Assembly: GCA_050613775.1 (NCBI GenBank)
Contig: JBODTK010000141.1
Coordinates: 1 to 64,000 of the forward strand
From: Neocallimastix sp. 'constans'
Lineage: Eukaryota
DNA: 64,000 nucleotides
Reading direction: 5' to 3'
How positions within the stretch are numbered: position 1 is the first letter of the stretch; each line of letters starts with the position of its first letter. The notes under the pieces were generated by a model. It ran no database searches and was not told the DNA's origin. It was given only the letters and a program-made list of their open reading frames with translations. The translations under genes and the position numbers were made by a program. Positions 12,801-25,958 of this stretch are shown here, piece after piece.

Positions 12801-15800
12801 GCTTCAATTGATTATGTTGAAGCTCATGGTACAGGTACTGCAGTTGGTGATCCAATTGAAGCTCGTTCCATTGGTTACGCCTATGGTCGTAGAGTTCGTG
12901 AAGGAAAGCAAATTAAAACTACTCGTCCAGGTGAAACTGAAGAAATTTTAGATCAACCTACTTTCCCATTACTTATTGGTTCAAGTAAGGGTAATACTGG
13001 TCATGGTGAATATTCAAGTGGTATTATTGGTATGATTAAGGCTATCTTAATGTTATACCACCGTACTATGGTGCCAACCATTGCTCATAAGGAAATGAAC
13101 CCAGCAATTGATGCTGAAGGTTTAGGAATTAAGGTAGCTACTAAATTGGAACCATGGACCACTCCACATACTTTACGTATTGCTGTTAATTCTTTTGGTT
13201 TTGGTGGTTCCAATGGTAATGCTATTTTCGAAGAAGTTGTTAATGAAAAACCTGAAGATTTTAGTATGAAAATTAAAGATCCAAAGAATCCTGTTGTTGC
13301 GACTTTCTCCGCCTATGATGAAAAGACCCTTCAAAATCTTTTAAAGAAGTGGAGTACTGAAGTTCCAAATGAAACTCTTTTACAAGAACTTTTCGTTATC
13401 TCTCAATGTCATGAATCAGAAAGTATGCGTTCTGCTATGATATTTAGCTCCGTAGATGAAGCTAAGGCTTTAATTGAAGAAATGAGAAATGGCAATGTTG
13501 AAAAGTTTAAGAGACATGAGAAAATTTACATGAAGCGTGTTAAGATTAATGAAAAGCCAGGCATTAACTTTGCTTTTTCTGGTCAAGGTTCTCAATTTAT
13601 AAATATGGGTAGACGTATGTATCAAGTAAATGGTCTTTTCAAGAGAATTGTAGACTATTGTGCTGCCGTTCTTGTTACCTACAATGGTGGTGAAGATATT
13701 TTTGAAAAGTACCATATTTTCAAGGGTGATGTTTCTCAAATTAGTGAAGCTGATCTTTCTCTTCCACAATACTCTATTCTTGCTATTGGTGTTGCTCAAA
13801 TTGCTCTTACTGAAATTTGGAAGGCTATGGGTGTTACTCCAGAAGCTGTTTTTGGTCACAGCATGGGTGAAGTTGCTGCTGCCTATGCTGCTGGTATTCT
13901 TACACTTGAAGATGCTATCTTATTATTATACATGCGTGGACATATTCTTGCTCAATTAGATGGTACCGGAAAAGGTATGCTAGCTCTTGGATGTTCCGTT
14001 GAGCAAGCTCAATACTTCATGAATAATAAGCCAAATGTTTTCATTTCTGCTGTTAATAGTGCTAACTCTATCACTTTAGCCGGTGATATTAGCCAAATTA
14101 ATGCTATCGCTCAAGAAGCTAAGGCTCAAAACCTCTTCGCTGTTGTTTTAAAGGTTAAGCAAGCTTTCCATTCTCCATATGTTGAAGGTGCTGAACAAGC
14201 CTTTAAGGAAAGCATTAGAGGTATTAGTGAACGTACTTCCGCTCCAAAGTGTAAATTTATTTCTGCATGCTTTGGTCAAGAATATGAAGGTCCATTTGAT
14301 GAAAACTACTGGTGGGCTAACATTCGAAATCCAGTAAGTTTCTATGCTGCTGCTAGTATTGGTACTCAATTCTCTAAACGTGTATTGGAAATTGGTGCTC
14401 ACCCAGTTCTTAGTGTGTATCTTAAAGAAATTTATGGTAAAGAATATGTTTATCAATCATTATCCAGAAAGATGGATGATGTTGATAGCATGTGTCGTAC
14501 AACTGCTGCCTTATTCATTGATAATGCCGTTGAATTCATGGATTACACTCAAATTTGGGAAGGCAAGGTTGATCTTCAACGTGTTAAAACTGGTGACGTT
14601 GTACCATTAAAGAAATTACGTTCTATTAACTTCTCTATTCCAAAACATGTCTGGAACCGTAAGGCCATTAGAAAGGAATACACTGATCGTTTTGGTACTG
14701 ATTCTAATCATGAAATTTATACCACTCGTGAATTTGTTCTTAAGGAAATGGGTCTCAGTGAAGATGATCTTAAGCTTCTTAAGGATATTAAATCTGGTAA
14801 GGTTGCACCAGCTGCTGGAGCTGCTAATGAAACCTCATTTACTGCTCAATCCCCAGTTTCTATTGCTAAGCCAAAGCCAAAGCCAAAGGTTGTTCCACAA
14901 CTTCCAAAGGCTACCTTTATTCCAACTAATGCTAATGTTGTCTATAGTTCTGGTAATCAATGGAACTTTGAAAATCATAGATATCTTCAAGATCATGTCG
15001 TCAATAAAAAAATTGTTCTTCCAGCTGCTGGCTCCGTTAGTCGTGCTTTCAGTGGTTTCGCTACTGCTCATCCATTAAAGGTTGCTCAAAGAGCCATCAT
15101 TTCTCTTGAGGATTTGAAGTTTGATCGTATGGGTATCTTTGATAAAACTATTGATTTTAATACTGCCACTGGTCCAATGCCAATTACTTATGAAGAGGAA
15201 AGAAGTAACCAAACCTATAAAATTATCTTTAATGAGGATGTTGAAGTTTCTTCAGGTAAATTTAATAACAATGATGAAACTGAAACCTTAAAGAATATTC
15301 CAGCTGTAGATTACTTCATTAATCAATGTTCATCGATCGCTGGTGGTCAAGGTGTTACTCCAGCTATGTTTTATAATCGTACTCAAGAAATTGGTTTAGA
15401 TTATGGAGAGGAATTCCGTTTATATAAGGCCATTCGTTCAGGAAAGAATGTTGCTTATGGTAAATTAACTGTAAGTAAAGAACATCAAAAGATGGTTTGT
15501 CACCCTGCCGTTTTGGATAATTGTATTCAAATCGTTTTTGCCTCTGGTGTTGCTGCTGGTGATTGTCAAGCTCTTCCAGTAGGTATGAAGAAGGTTGTTT
15601 TAAGTCAAGGTGGTCATTTCCCAGAAGGTACTCTTATTGTTGCTACTGAATTAGTTAAACAAGATATTAAGGAATGCGTCTCCAATGTTTATATCTATGA
15701 TGAAAATAAAAATATCTTTGGTTATGTTGAAGGTTTGACAATGTCTTTCCGTCGTAGTAGAGCTGAAAAGGCTATTGATTGGATTCATGTCTTAGGTTTT

Positions 15801-18800
15801 GAAGAAAAGGCTCCAACAGCCAATGAATACTTACCAGTCGATTGTCGTAACGTTATTGTCATGTGTACTGAAACTCAACAAGATGAAGCAAATGCATTTG
15901 CCACTCATATTGGTAGTGTTGTTGCCGGTTTACAAAACATTTGGGTCTTACCAGGTAACTATATTGAAAATATCCAACAAATGGTTGAAAATAAGATGAT
16001 TAAACCAAAAGAAACATTTATTATTGATGCTAGCTTCATTGATAGTCCTGAAATTGATCGTGCATTCATGATTCTTAAGACTGTGGTTAACTATGAAATT
16101 CCAACCTTATTTGCTGCTTCTAAATACATAAAGGATGAATCAGCTCAATCTCATGCTGTAGCTACCAGTAAGGCAGTTATTGGTATGGTTCGTGCTGCTC
16201 GTGCTGAATGTAAGGTTCCATTATTCACTGCTCATACCGATAAATTCGAGGATTTATATTTGGCTGCTTTACGTAGTGGTTTAACAATGGATGATCCAGA
16301 AGTTGAAATTATTGATGGTAAGGTTCAATGTGTTAGATTTATAAAGCTTGATAAGGAACCCGTAGTTAAATCTTCTAATATTAAGTTAGAAAGAAGTGCC
16401 AATGGTCAAATTGGTCAAATGAAGTATAGTGAATGCATTGGTCTTCCGGCCTACACTGATGATGAAGTGGTCATTAAGGTTAAGGGTGTATCCATGCAAT
16501 TCAAAGATATTATGACTGCTATGGATGCTCTCATTGGTTTCGATAGCTATGAACCTGGTATGGAATGCATTGGTCGTGTTGTTGCCATTGGTAAGAATGT
16601 CGCTAGCAACCCAAGAAATCAATTACAAATTGGTGATCCAGTCATTGCATTCTCTCACAAATATGGTCATCTCTTACGTACGTATGGTGTTGTTGATCCA
16701 CTCTCTCTTCAAAAAATTCCAGAAAGTATGTATAAGGTTGAATATGCTGGTATCTTTATTGTTTTCATTACTGCTTATTACAGTTTACATGTTCGTGCTG
16801 GTGGTATTAAACCCGGCCAAACTATTTTAATTCACGCCGCTGCTGGAGGTGTAGGTCAAGCTGCCGTGAAGTTATGTCAACTCTGGGGTGCTAATATTAT
16901 TGCCAGTGCTTCTGCTTCGAAGCAACAATTCCTTCGTGATACTTATGGTCTTGAGCATGTAACCAACTCCAGAGATCCAGAAGAATTCTACCGTGATGTG
17001 ATGAAGTGGACTGATGGTAAGGGCGTTGACTTTGTGTTAAACTCTCTTTCCGGAAAGAGTCTTAAAATGGGTATTAAGTGTTTGAAGAATGGTGGTAAGT
17101 TTGTTGAAATTGGAAAGACTGATATTTTAAATGACAGCAAGTTAGGTCTACATTGTCTTCTTAATAATATCTCCTTTGTCTCATCACATATTGATCTTCT
17201 CAACAATCAACAAATGAATTATTACAAGAATATCTTGTTTGAAATGTTTAGTACTGGTAAGCTTACTCCAATTCCTGCCAAGATCTTCCCAGGTAATAAG
17301 TACAAGGAAGCCTTCTTCTATCTTGCCAGTGGTAGAAATATTGGTAAAACTTGTATTGAATTCGAAGATAACATGAGCTATGAATGTACTCCAGTCACCT
17401 TAATAGATCCAAATTTAACCTATTTAATTACTGGTGCTTTTGGTGGTGTCGGTTTAAGAGTTGTTCTTTGGCTAGTTAGCCGTGGTGCCAAGAACATTTT
17501 ATTAACCACTAGTAGTTCTGTTGAAAAACAATATGAACAACCAATTATTAGATCTTTATTGGAAAAGGGTATTAATGTAATGATTAAGACCTGTGATATT
17601 ACTGATTTGACTAGTGTTCAACAATTATTCCAACAAACTACTCCAAGAATTGCTGGTGTCTTCCATTTAGCAAATCGCTTTGCTCCAGGTTTAATTAGTA
17701 CTTCCGATCTTGCTTTGCTTCGTAAGGGCTTCAGTGCTAAGGCTGAAGGTGCATGGAATTTACACTTGGTTACTCTTCAAAAGGCTCATCAAGTTCAATT
17801 GTTTGTTGTCTTTTCTTCCATTCTTGATGTTTTAGGTAATCGTGGTCAAACTGCTTATGGTGCTGCTAATGCTTTCTTAAGTTCTATTGTTGATCATCGT
17901 AGAGAAAAAGGTCTCTCTGGTAATTGTATTGCTCTTCCAGCTATGCGTGGTTCTGGTTACTTAGCAAAATGGAATCAAACAAAACAATCTAAGGACTTTG
18001 AACAATTAATTGCTCTCTTAGATACTGATGAATTAGTTAATGTAATGGATGGCTTAATTCGTTATGATCTTCCAGCCAATATATATATGGCTAAAAATTG
18101 GGCAAATATGTCCTATGATGCTACCTTTGTTGCTCCAGTTACTCGTAGTATTTCTCATTTACGTGGTGTTAATCCAGTTCCAGTAGTCACCTTCCCAACT
18201 GAAAAGAAGCTTGATCTTCCATCTTTAATTAGAAATTGTGGTGGTCATTATATTGCTGAACCAACACATATTCCAAGATCAAGTGCCACTACTACTTCTT
18301 CTGTACGTTCCTTTACTCCAGTTGCTGTGAAGAGCTTTAGTCCAGTTCCTGTTAGTCCAGTTCCTGTTTCCGTTCGTACATTTACTCAAGATTCTGTTGC
18401 TCCAGCTGTTCAAGTTAGATCTTTCCAACCAACATCACTTGCAACTCCAGTTGCTGTTCAAGCTAGATCTACTCCAGCTCCAGCTCCAGTTCCAGTTCCA
18501 GCTTCAGTTCCAGTTGCTGATGCTAAGCCAATCAGTAGTCTTAATAAGAATAAATTAACCAAGGATATTACTGATAAATTACAAAGTATGTTAGGATTAA
18601 TTGATGAAGAAATTGATGTTACTATTCCACTTCGTGTCTATGGTTTAGATTCTTTAACAGCTATGGAATTAACCAAATGGATTGAAAGTGAAATGAATAT
18701 TGAATTCAGTCAAAGTCAATTATTAGGTGATGATATTACTACTGAAGATTTAATTAATATTATTATGGATGGTTCTTCTTCTGCTCCAGTTACAGAATCC

Positions 18801-21800
18801 ACTCCAGTAGCTCCAGCTCCAGAAGCTCCAGTAGTTGCTCCAATTACTCAAACTAGAACTTTCCAACCAACTCCAGTTGCTGCTCCGGTTGCCCCAGTCG
18901 CTGTTCAAGCTAGATCTTTCCAACCAACTCCAGTTGTTGCTCCAGTTGCTCCAGTTGCTGTTCAAGTTAGATCAGCTCCAGTTTCAGCTCCAGTTGCTGC
19001 TGCTAAACCAACTAGTGGTCTTAACAAGGATAAATTAACTAAGGATATTACAGAAAAATTACAAAGTATGTTAGGATTAATTGATGAAGAAATTGATGTT
19101 ACTATTCCACTTCGTGTCTATGGTTTAGATTCTTTAACAGCTATGGAATTAACCAAATGGATTGAAAGTGAAATGAATATTGAATTCAGTCAAAGTCAAT
19201 TATTAGGTGATGATATTACTACTGAAGATTTAATTAATATTATTATGGATGGTTCTTCTTCTGCTCCAGTTACAGAATCCACTCCAGTAGCTCCAGCTCC
19301 AGAAGCTCCAGTAGTTGCTCCAATTACTCAAACTAGAACTTTCCAACCAACTCCAGTTGCTGCTCCGGTTGCCCCAGTCGCTGTTCAAACTAGATCCTTC
19401 CAACAAGCACCAGTTGCTACACCAGTTGCCCCAGTCGCTGTACAAACTAGAACTTTCCAACCAACTCCAGTAGCTGCTCCAGTTGCTGTTCAAGCTAGAT
19501 CTACTTCAGTTCCAGCTCCAGCTCCAGTTACTGCTGCTAAACCAACTAGTGGTCTTAACAAGGATAAATTAACTAAGGATATTACAGAAAAATTACAAAG
19601 TATGTTAGGATTAATTGATGAAGAAATTGATGTTACTATTCCACTTCGTGTCTATGGTTTAGATTCTTTAACAGCTATGGAATTAACCAAATGGATTGAA
19701 AGCGAAATGAATATTGAATTCAGTCAAAGTCAATTATTAGGTGATGATATTACTACTGAAGATTTAATTAATATTATTATGGATGGTTCTTCTTCTGCTC
19801 CAGTTACTGAATCAACTCAAGTTACTCCAGTAGCTCCAGTAGTTGCTCCAATGACTCAAGCTAGAACTTTCCAACAAGCACCAGTTGCTACACCAGTTGC
19901 CCCAGTCGCTGTTCAAACTAGAACTTTCCAACCAACTCCAGTAGCTGCTCCAGTTGCTGTTCAAGCTAGATCTACTCCAGCTCCAGTTTCAGCTCCAGTT
20001 TCAGCTCCAGTTGCTGCTGCTAAACCAACTAATGGTATTAACAAGGATAAATTAACTAAGGATATTACAGAAAAATTACAAAGTATGTTAGGATTAATTG
20101 ATGAAGAAATTGATGTTACTATTCCACTTCGTGTCTATGGTTTAGATTCTTTAACAGCTATGGAATTAACCAAATGGATTGAAAGTGAAATGAATATTGA
20201 ATTCAGTCAAAGTCAATTATTAGGTGATGATATTACTACTGAAGATTTAATTAATATTATTATGGATGGTTCTTCTTCTACTTCAGTTACAGAATCCACT
20301 CCAGTAGCTCCAGTAGTTGCTCCAATTACTCAAACTAGAACTTTCCAACCAACTCCAGTTGCTGCTCCGGTTGCCCCAGTCGCTGTTCAAACTAGATCCT
20401 TCCAACAAGCACCAGTTGCTACACCAGTTACACCAGTCGCTGTACAAACTAGAACTTTCCAACCAACTCCAGTAGCTGCTCCAGTTGCTGTTCAAGCTAG
20501 ATCTACTCCAGCTCCAGTTTCAGCTCCAGTTTCAGCTCCAGTTACTGCTGCTAAACCAACTAGTGGTCTTAACAAGGATAAATTAACTAAGGATATTACA
20601 GAAAAATTACAAAGTATGTTAGGATTAATTGATGAAGAAATTGATGTTACTATTCCACTTCGTGTCTATGGTTTAGATTCTTTAACAGCTATGGAATTAA
20701 CCAAATGGATTGAAAGTGAAATGAATATTGAATTCAGTCAAAGTCAATTATTAGGTGATGATATTACTACTGAAGATTTAATTAATATTATTATGGATGG
20801 TTCTTCTTCTGCTCCAGTTACTGAATCAACTCAAGTTACTCCAGTAGCTCCAGAAGCTCCAGTAGTTGCTCCAATTACTCAAACTAGAACTTTCCAACCA
20901 ACTCCAGTTGCTGCTCCGGTTGCCCCAGTCGCTGTTCAAACTAGATCCTTCCAACAAGCACCAGTTGCTACACCAGTTACACCAGTCGCTGTACAAACTA
21001 GAACTTTCCAACCAACTCCAGTAGCTGCTCCAGTTGCTGTTCAAGCTAGATCTACTTCAGTTCCAGCTCCAGCTCCAGTTGCTGCTGCTAAACCAACTAG
21101 TGGTATTAACAAGGATAAATTAACTAAGGATATTACAGAAAAATTACAAAGTATGTTAGGATTAATTGATGAAGAAATTGATGTTACTATTCCACTTCGT
21201 GTCTATGGTTTAGATTCTTTAACAGCTATGGAATTAACCAAATGGATTGAAAGTGAAATGAATATTGAATTCAGTCAAAGTCAATTATTAGGTGATGATA
21301 TTACTACTGAAGATTTAATTAATATTATTATGGATGATTCTTCTTCTACTCAAGATGTTACCCTAGCCCCAGTTGCTGTTCCAACCTCAATTGTTACTCC
21401 AGCTAAAATTCCGGTTATTTCACAATCAAAAACTTTCCAAACTACTCCTGTTGCTGCACCAATTCCAAAACCAGTTCCAGTAAGAAACTTTAAATCTACT
21501 CCAGTAACTACACCAGTTGTTGCTCCAACTACAAGACCAGTTCCAGCTAGAAAACTTCAATCACCTCCAGTAGCTTCACCAATTCCAAAGCCAGCTCCAA
21601 AGCCAGTTCCAGTAAGAAATTTCCAATCAACTCCAGTTACAGCTCCACGTGCTCTTCCAGTAGCTACATCAAATACCCAAATTCCAATTGCTACTGTTAA
21701 GAGAACTAGTGGTCTTAACAAGGATAAATTAACTAAGGATATTACAGAAAAATTACAAAGTATGTTAGGATTAATTGATGAAGAAATTGATGTTACTATT

Positions 21801-23399
21801 CCACTTCGTGTCTATGGTTTAGATTCTTTAACAGCTATGGAATTAACCAAATGGATTGAAAGTGAAATGAATATTGAATTCAGTCAAAGTCAATTATTAG
21901 GTGATGATATTACTACTGAAGATTTAATTAATATTATTATGGATGGTTCTTCTTCTGCTCCAGTTACTGAATCAACTCAAGTTGCTCCAGCAATTACTGA
22001 ATCTGTCGCTTCAACACCAGTTAAATCTTATCAACCAACACCAGTTACAGTTAGATCTGCTCCAGTTGTAGCTCCTGCTCCAATTAGATCCTTCCAATCA
22101 ACACCAGTTACTGCTCCAAATTCTCAAGTTAGATCTTTCCAACCAACTCCAGTAGCTGCTCCAGTTGCTGTTCAAGCTAGATCTACTCTAGCACCAGCTC
22201 CAGTTGCTGCTTCTAAACCAACTAGTGGTCTTAATAAGGATAAATTAACTAAGGATATTACAGAAAAATTACAAAGTATGTTAGGATTAATTGATGAAGA
22301 AATTGATGTTACTATTCCACTTCGTGTCTATGGTTTAGATTCTTTAACAGCTATGGAATTAACCAAATGGATTGAAAGTGAAATGAATATTGAATTCAGT
22401 CAAAGTCAATTATTAGGTGATGATATTACTACTGAAGATTTAATTAATATTATAATGGATGGATCTCCCGCAACTTCAGCACCGGTTGCTGCACCAGTTG
22501 TTAAAGATACCATGGCATCAATTACTCCAGTAGTTCCAACGAATTTTAATGTTCTCCCTGTTGAAGTTCATTCTAGTGTTGATCCTCTTTATCAAAATAT
22601 TTCTTCTATTCAAAAATCTACATCAATGGTTACTCCTGATAGTGTAGCATTAAAGAATGAAATATGTGATAGATTACAAAATATGTTAGGTTTAGTAGAT
22701 GAAAAAATTGATCCAGCTATTCCACTTCGTGTTTATGGTTTAGATTCCTTAACTACTATGGAATTAACCAATTGGATTCAAAGTGAATTAAAGGTTACAT
22801 TACCACAAAGTCAATTATTAAGTGATGAGATAACTACAAATGAATTAGTTAGTATAATTATTAATTTATTAGCTAATAATAATAATAATAATAATGGAAC
22901 AAATTTCTATAATGCCCCATCTAACAATAATAGTCTGGATTTTAATGATGTTTCAAATTCTAAACCAGTATCAAGTATTGCTGATAGTGAAAGTACTTTT
23001 GATGCCTCACTTGTAAATCAATATAATCCAGCACATGAAACTATAATAACGGATGATTTATTAAAGAAGAGAAGTGCTTTTTCTGGAAATAAACAAGAAC
23101 TTGTTAGAGCTTTGAAAAATGAAGTAGTTGAAAAATTACAAGATTTATTAGGTTTAGTTGATGAAAATATTGATACTAATGTACCATTGCAAGTTTATGG
23201 TTTAGATTCTTTAACTTCAATGGAAATTGTTAAATGGGTTGAGAATGATAAAAAAGTAGAACTACCACAATCAGCTTTATTAAGTAGTGAAATTACTACT
23301 GAAGAACTTGTTAATATGATTGCATCAAAGATTACTGGTGAAGATTTAGTTAAAGCACCTTCTTATGATCAATATATGGATAATGAATTACTTATTTAA
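9811..23399 (+). CDS. Alpha-oxoamine synthase-polyketide synthase fusion, AOS-KS-AT-DH-ER-KR-(ACP)x10, ~4289 aa; exons 9811-10011, 10126-10327, 10482-10715, 10875-10967, 11260-23399
   Basis: Four GT-AG introns join in frame. AOS motifs: INFCSTSYLGL, SDELNH..IIDG, YKHND, DGVFSMEGD, DECH, GTLVKS (PLP Lys at 11334), RLR. KS: TACS (Cys at 12420), HGTGT, NTGH. AT: GQGSQ, GHSMG, AFHS. DH: DHVV..IVLP and DNCIQ. ER: HAAAGGVG. KR: GAFGGVG and AYGAAN. Ten GLDSL phosphopantetheine motifs. Confidence 0.93.
10126..11790 (+). other. PLP-dependent class II aminotransferase / alpha-oxoamine synthase domain (spliced) of the megasynthase
   Basis: The full motif series of BioF/KBL/SPT enzymes is spread over exons 2-5, ending at RLRTTVLGSLTDEDIDEAL. 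Confidence 0.92.
11910..17960 (+). other. Reducing type I PKS module: KS ~11910-13240, AT ~13560-14530, DH ~14960-15770, ER ~16380-17370, KR ~17410-17960
   Basis: Catalytic motifs as listed for the CDS. AFHS suggests malonyl specificity. No methyltransferase motif is seen between DH and ER. Domain boundaries are approximate. Confidence 0.9.
18543..23335 (+). repeat. Intragenic array of 10 ACP domains (8 near-identical, 2 diverged) with Pro/Ala/Val/Thr-rich linkers
   Basis: Near-identical units start at 18543, 19023, 19557, 20040, 20571, 21108, 21717 and 22233. Diverged units lie at ~22652 and ~23110. All carry VYGLDSL. Confidence 0.95.
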
Positions 23400-23743
23400 A
23401 TTAAATCTCATTAAAAATAATTAAAAAAAAAAAAAAAAAAAAAAAAAAGAAAAAGAAAGAGAAAATATATATTATTAATTATATTTAATAATATTATAAA
23501 ATATATTATTTTTTTTTTTTTTTTTTTTATCTTAAGATACCAATAATATATTATAATATAAATTATGATAAAAGCAAAAAACAACAAAAAAATTTTTTTA
23601 ATATTAATATTTATTATAGATCAAAAAACAAAATAATTATGATAATAAAGAACAGAGAACGAATGAAGGAAAAAACAAAAAGTCAAAAACAACAACAAAA
23701 TAAAAAAAAAAAAAAAAACTATAAAACTTATTAATTAAAAAAA

Positions 23744-23774
<31 letters not shown>

Positions 23775-24682
23775 TAAAAAAATAAAAAAATAAAAAAAAA
23801 AAAATAAAAAAAAAAAAATAAAAATAAAAAAAAAAATAAAAAAAAAAAAATAAAAAAAAAAAAAAAAGAAAAGAAAAGAAAGGAAAGGAAACAATAAATA
23901 CCAAATTAAAGTTAAAATTACATAAACAAAAAACAAAGATAAATGAAAGAAAAAAAAATAATTTAATACAAAGCTGAAATCGATAATTTATATATAACGT
24001 TCATGCTATTGTAATTAATACTTTTTAACAATATAAATCGTAATTTTTACTATAAAAAAGCAAAAAAGCAAAAAAGCAAGCAAACAAAAAACAAACAAAA
24101 AAAAAAAAAAAAAAAAGTCAAATGAAAAAAAAGCCATTAAATTAACATCTATCATATAAATTTATTTTAAATTTAAATAATTTTTTTTTTTTTTAATTTC
24201 AATTTTTAACCTTGTATTTATAATTTTTTTTATTTTATTTTAGAAAATGAAAATATCTAAAAAATGAAGCAATAATAATAACAAAACAAATTAAAAAAAA
24301 AAAGTTAAAACTAAAAAGCAAATATATTTACATATGATAAATATGATACAGAAAAAAAAAAGAATAGTCTTATTTTAATTTTTTATTTTTTCATATCATT
24401 ATTTTATTTTATTTTATTTTATTTTATTTTATTTATTTTCTTTTTTAATCTGATTTTTTTTTTTTTTTATTATTTATTTTTATTTTATAATTAATAAAAC
24501 ATAAATAAAATTGATGAGTTGATATTTTTTTTTAATAAAAAATATATATATATAATAAAAAAATAAAAAAGAAGATAAAATATAAATAAATAATATAAAT
24601 CTGGTAATTTAATTACAAATTCTCTTAAGTGTATATTAATATTTTATTTTATCTTATAATATATAATAATAATAGTAATTAA

Positions 24683-24729
<47 letters not shown>

Positions 24730-25148
24730 AAAAAGACTATCATAATAAAATTAAAAATTTATATATAAATATTAAACTTCAATAGTAAATATAAATTATA
24801 TAAATAATTATTTAAAAATAACATTTATACATATTTCATAATAAAAAACGGATTATTTGTTTATTTATTTATTATTATTTTATTATTATTACTGATATAA
24901 AACAAATATGTGTAGTAACATATTTGTATTTTTAACAATAAGTATTAAATATTAAATTAATATCTTTTGGATTATTATAATTATAATTATAATACTTTAG
25001 TTCATATAAAATTAATATAGTTCTATATATTAGAAAATATAATTAATATATTACCTATTTCTTATAAATAGATTAAATTATTTATATTAGAAATAGAGGA
25101 CTCTCTTTGATTTTCATTTAATGATATAAACTAAAATATTACCTTTAC

Positions 25149-25290
<142 letters not shown>

Positions 25291-25659
25291 ATTTTTTATT
25301 TTAATATTTATATTATGTTTATATAATATTTATATATATTTTAATATTTATATATATTATTGAAGAAAAAAAAAAAAAAAAAAGTAAAAATACATATTTA
25401 TTAATTACTATTATTGATAATTTATTATTATTATTATTATTATTATTTCCATAGATTGAATGTGGTTCATTTCACCAATTTTTATAATACAAATTTTCAA
25501 TACGCCATTTATTTTTAATGGCTTGTAAAGTAAAATTTTTTGTTAACGCCATAAAAATTTAATAAAATTATATGTAAAAAAAAATAAATGTATAAATAAA
25601 TAAACAAACAAATAAATAAATAAATAAAGAATGTAATAAGTATATAAAATAAAACTAAA

Positions 25660-25905
25660 TAGTAGAATATGACTATAAAGTACAGTTTAAATAAAATAAA
25701 ATAAAATAAAATAAAATAAATAGTAGGATATTAAATATAAAGTACAGATTAAATAAAATAAAATAAAAATAAAATAAAATAAAATAAATAGTAGGATATT
25801 AAATATAAAGTACAGATTAAATAATATAAAATAAAATAAAATAAAATAAATAGTAGGATATTAAATATAAAGTACAGATTAAATAATATAAAATAAAATA
25901 AAATA
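25660..25905. repeat. Minisatellite, 4 copies of agtaggatattaaatataaagtacagattaaata + (aaaat)n
   Basis: Units at ~25661, 25722, 25790 and 25852 inside the MULE relic; the first copy is diverged. Confidence 0.85.
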
Positions 25906-25958
25906 GAATATATAAAAAATTAAAAAAAAATGCTAATACATGTAACAATAATATTATA

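Noticed and set aside
18750..21044. Repeated antisense W/S/N-rich ORFs
   Set aside because: They are shadow frames of the cca/gct/gtt-rich linkers, with no independent evidence of coding.
18543..22460. Regularly spaced identical repeats with variable spacers (CRISPR-like look)
   Set aside because: The repeats are ~230-bp in-frame ACP domains in a eukaryotic CDS, and no cas genes are present.
23637..23936. Poly-Phe ORF
   Set aside because: It is the antisense reading of A-rich low-complexity 3' flank.
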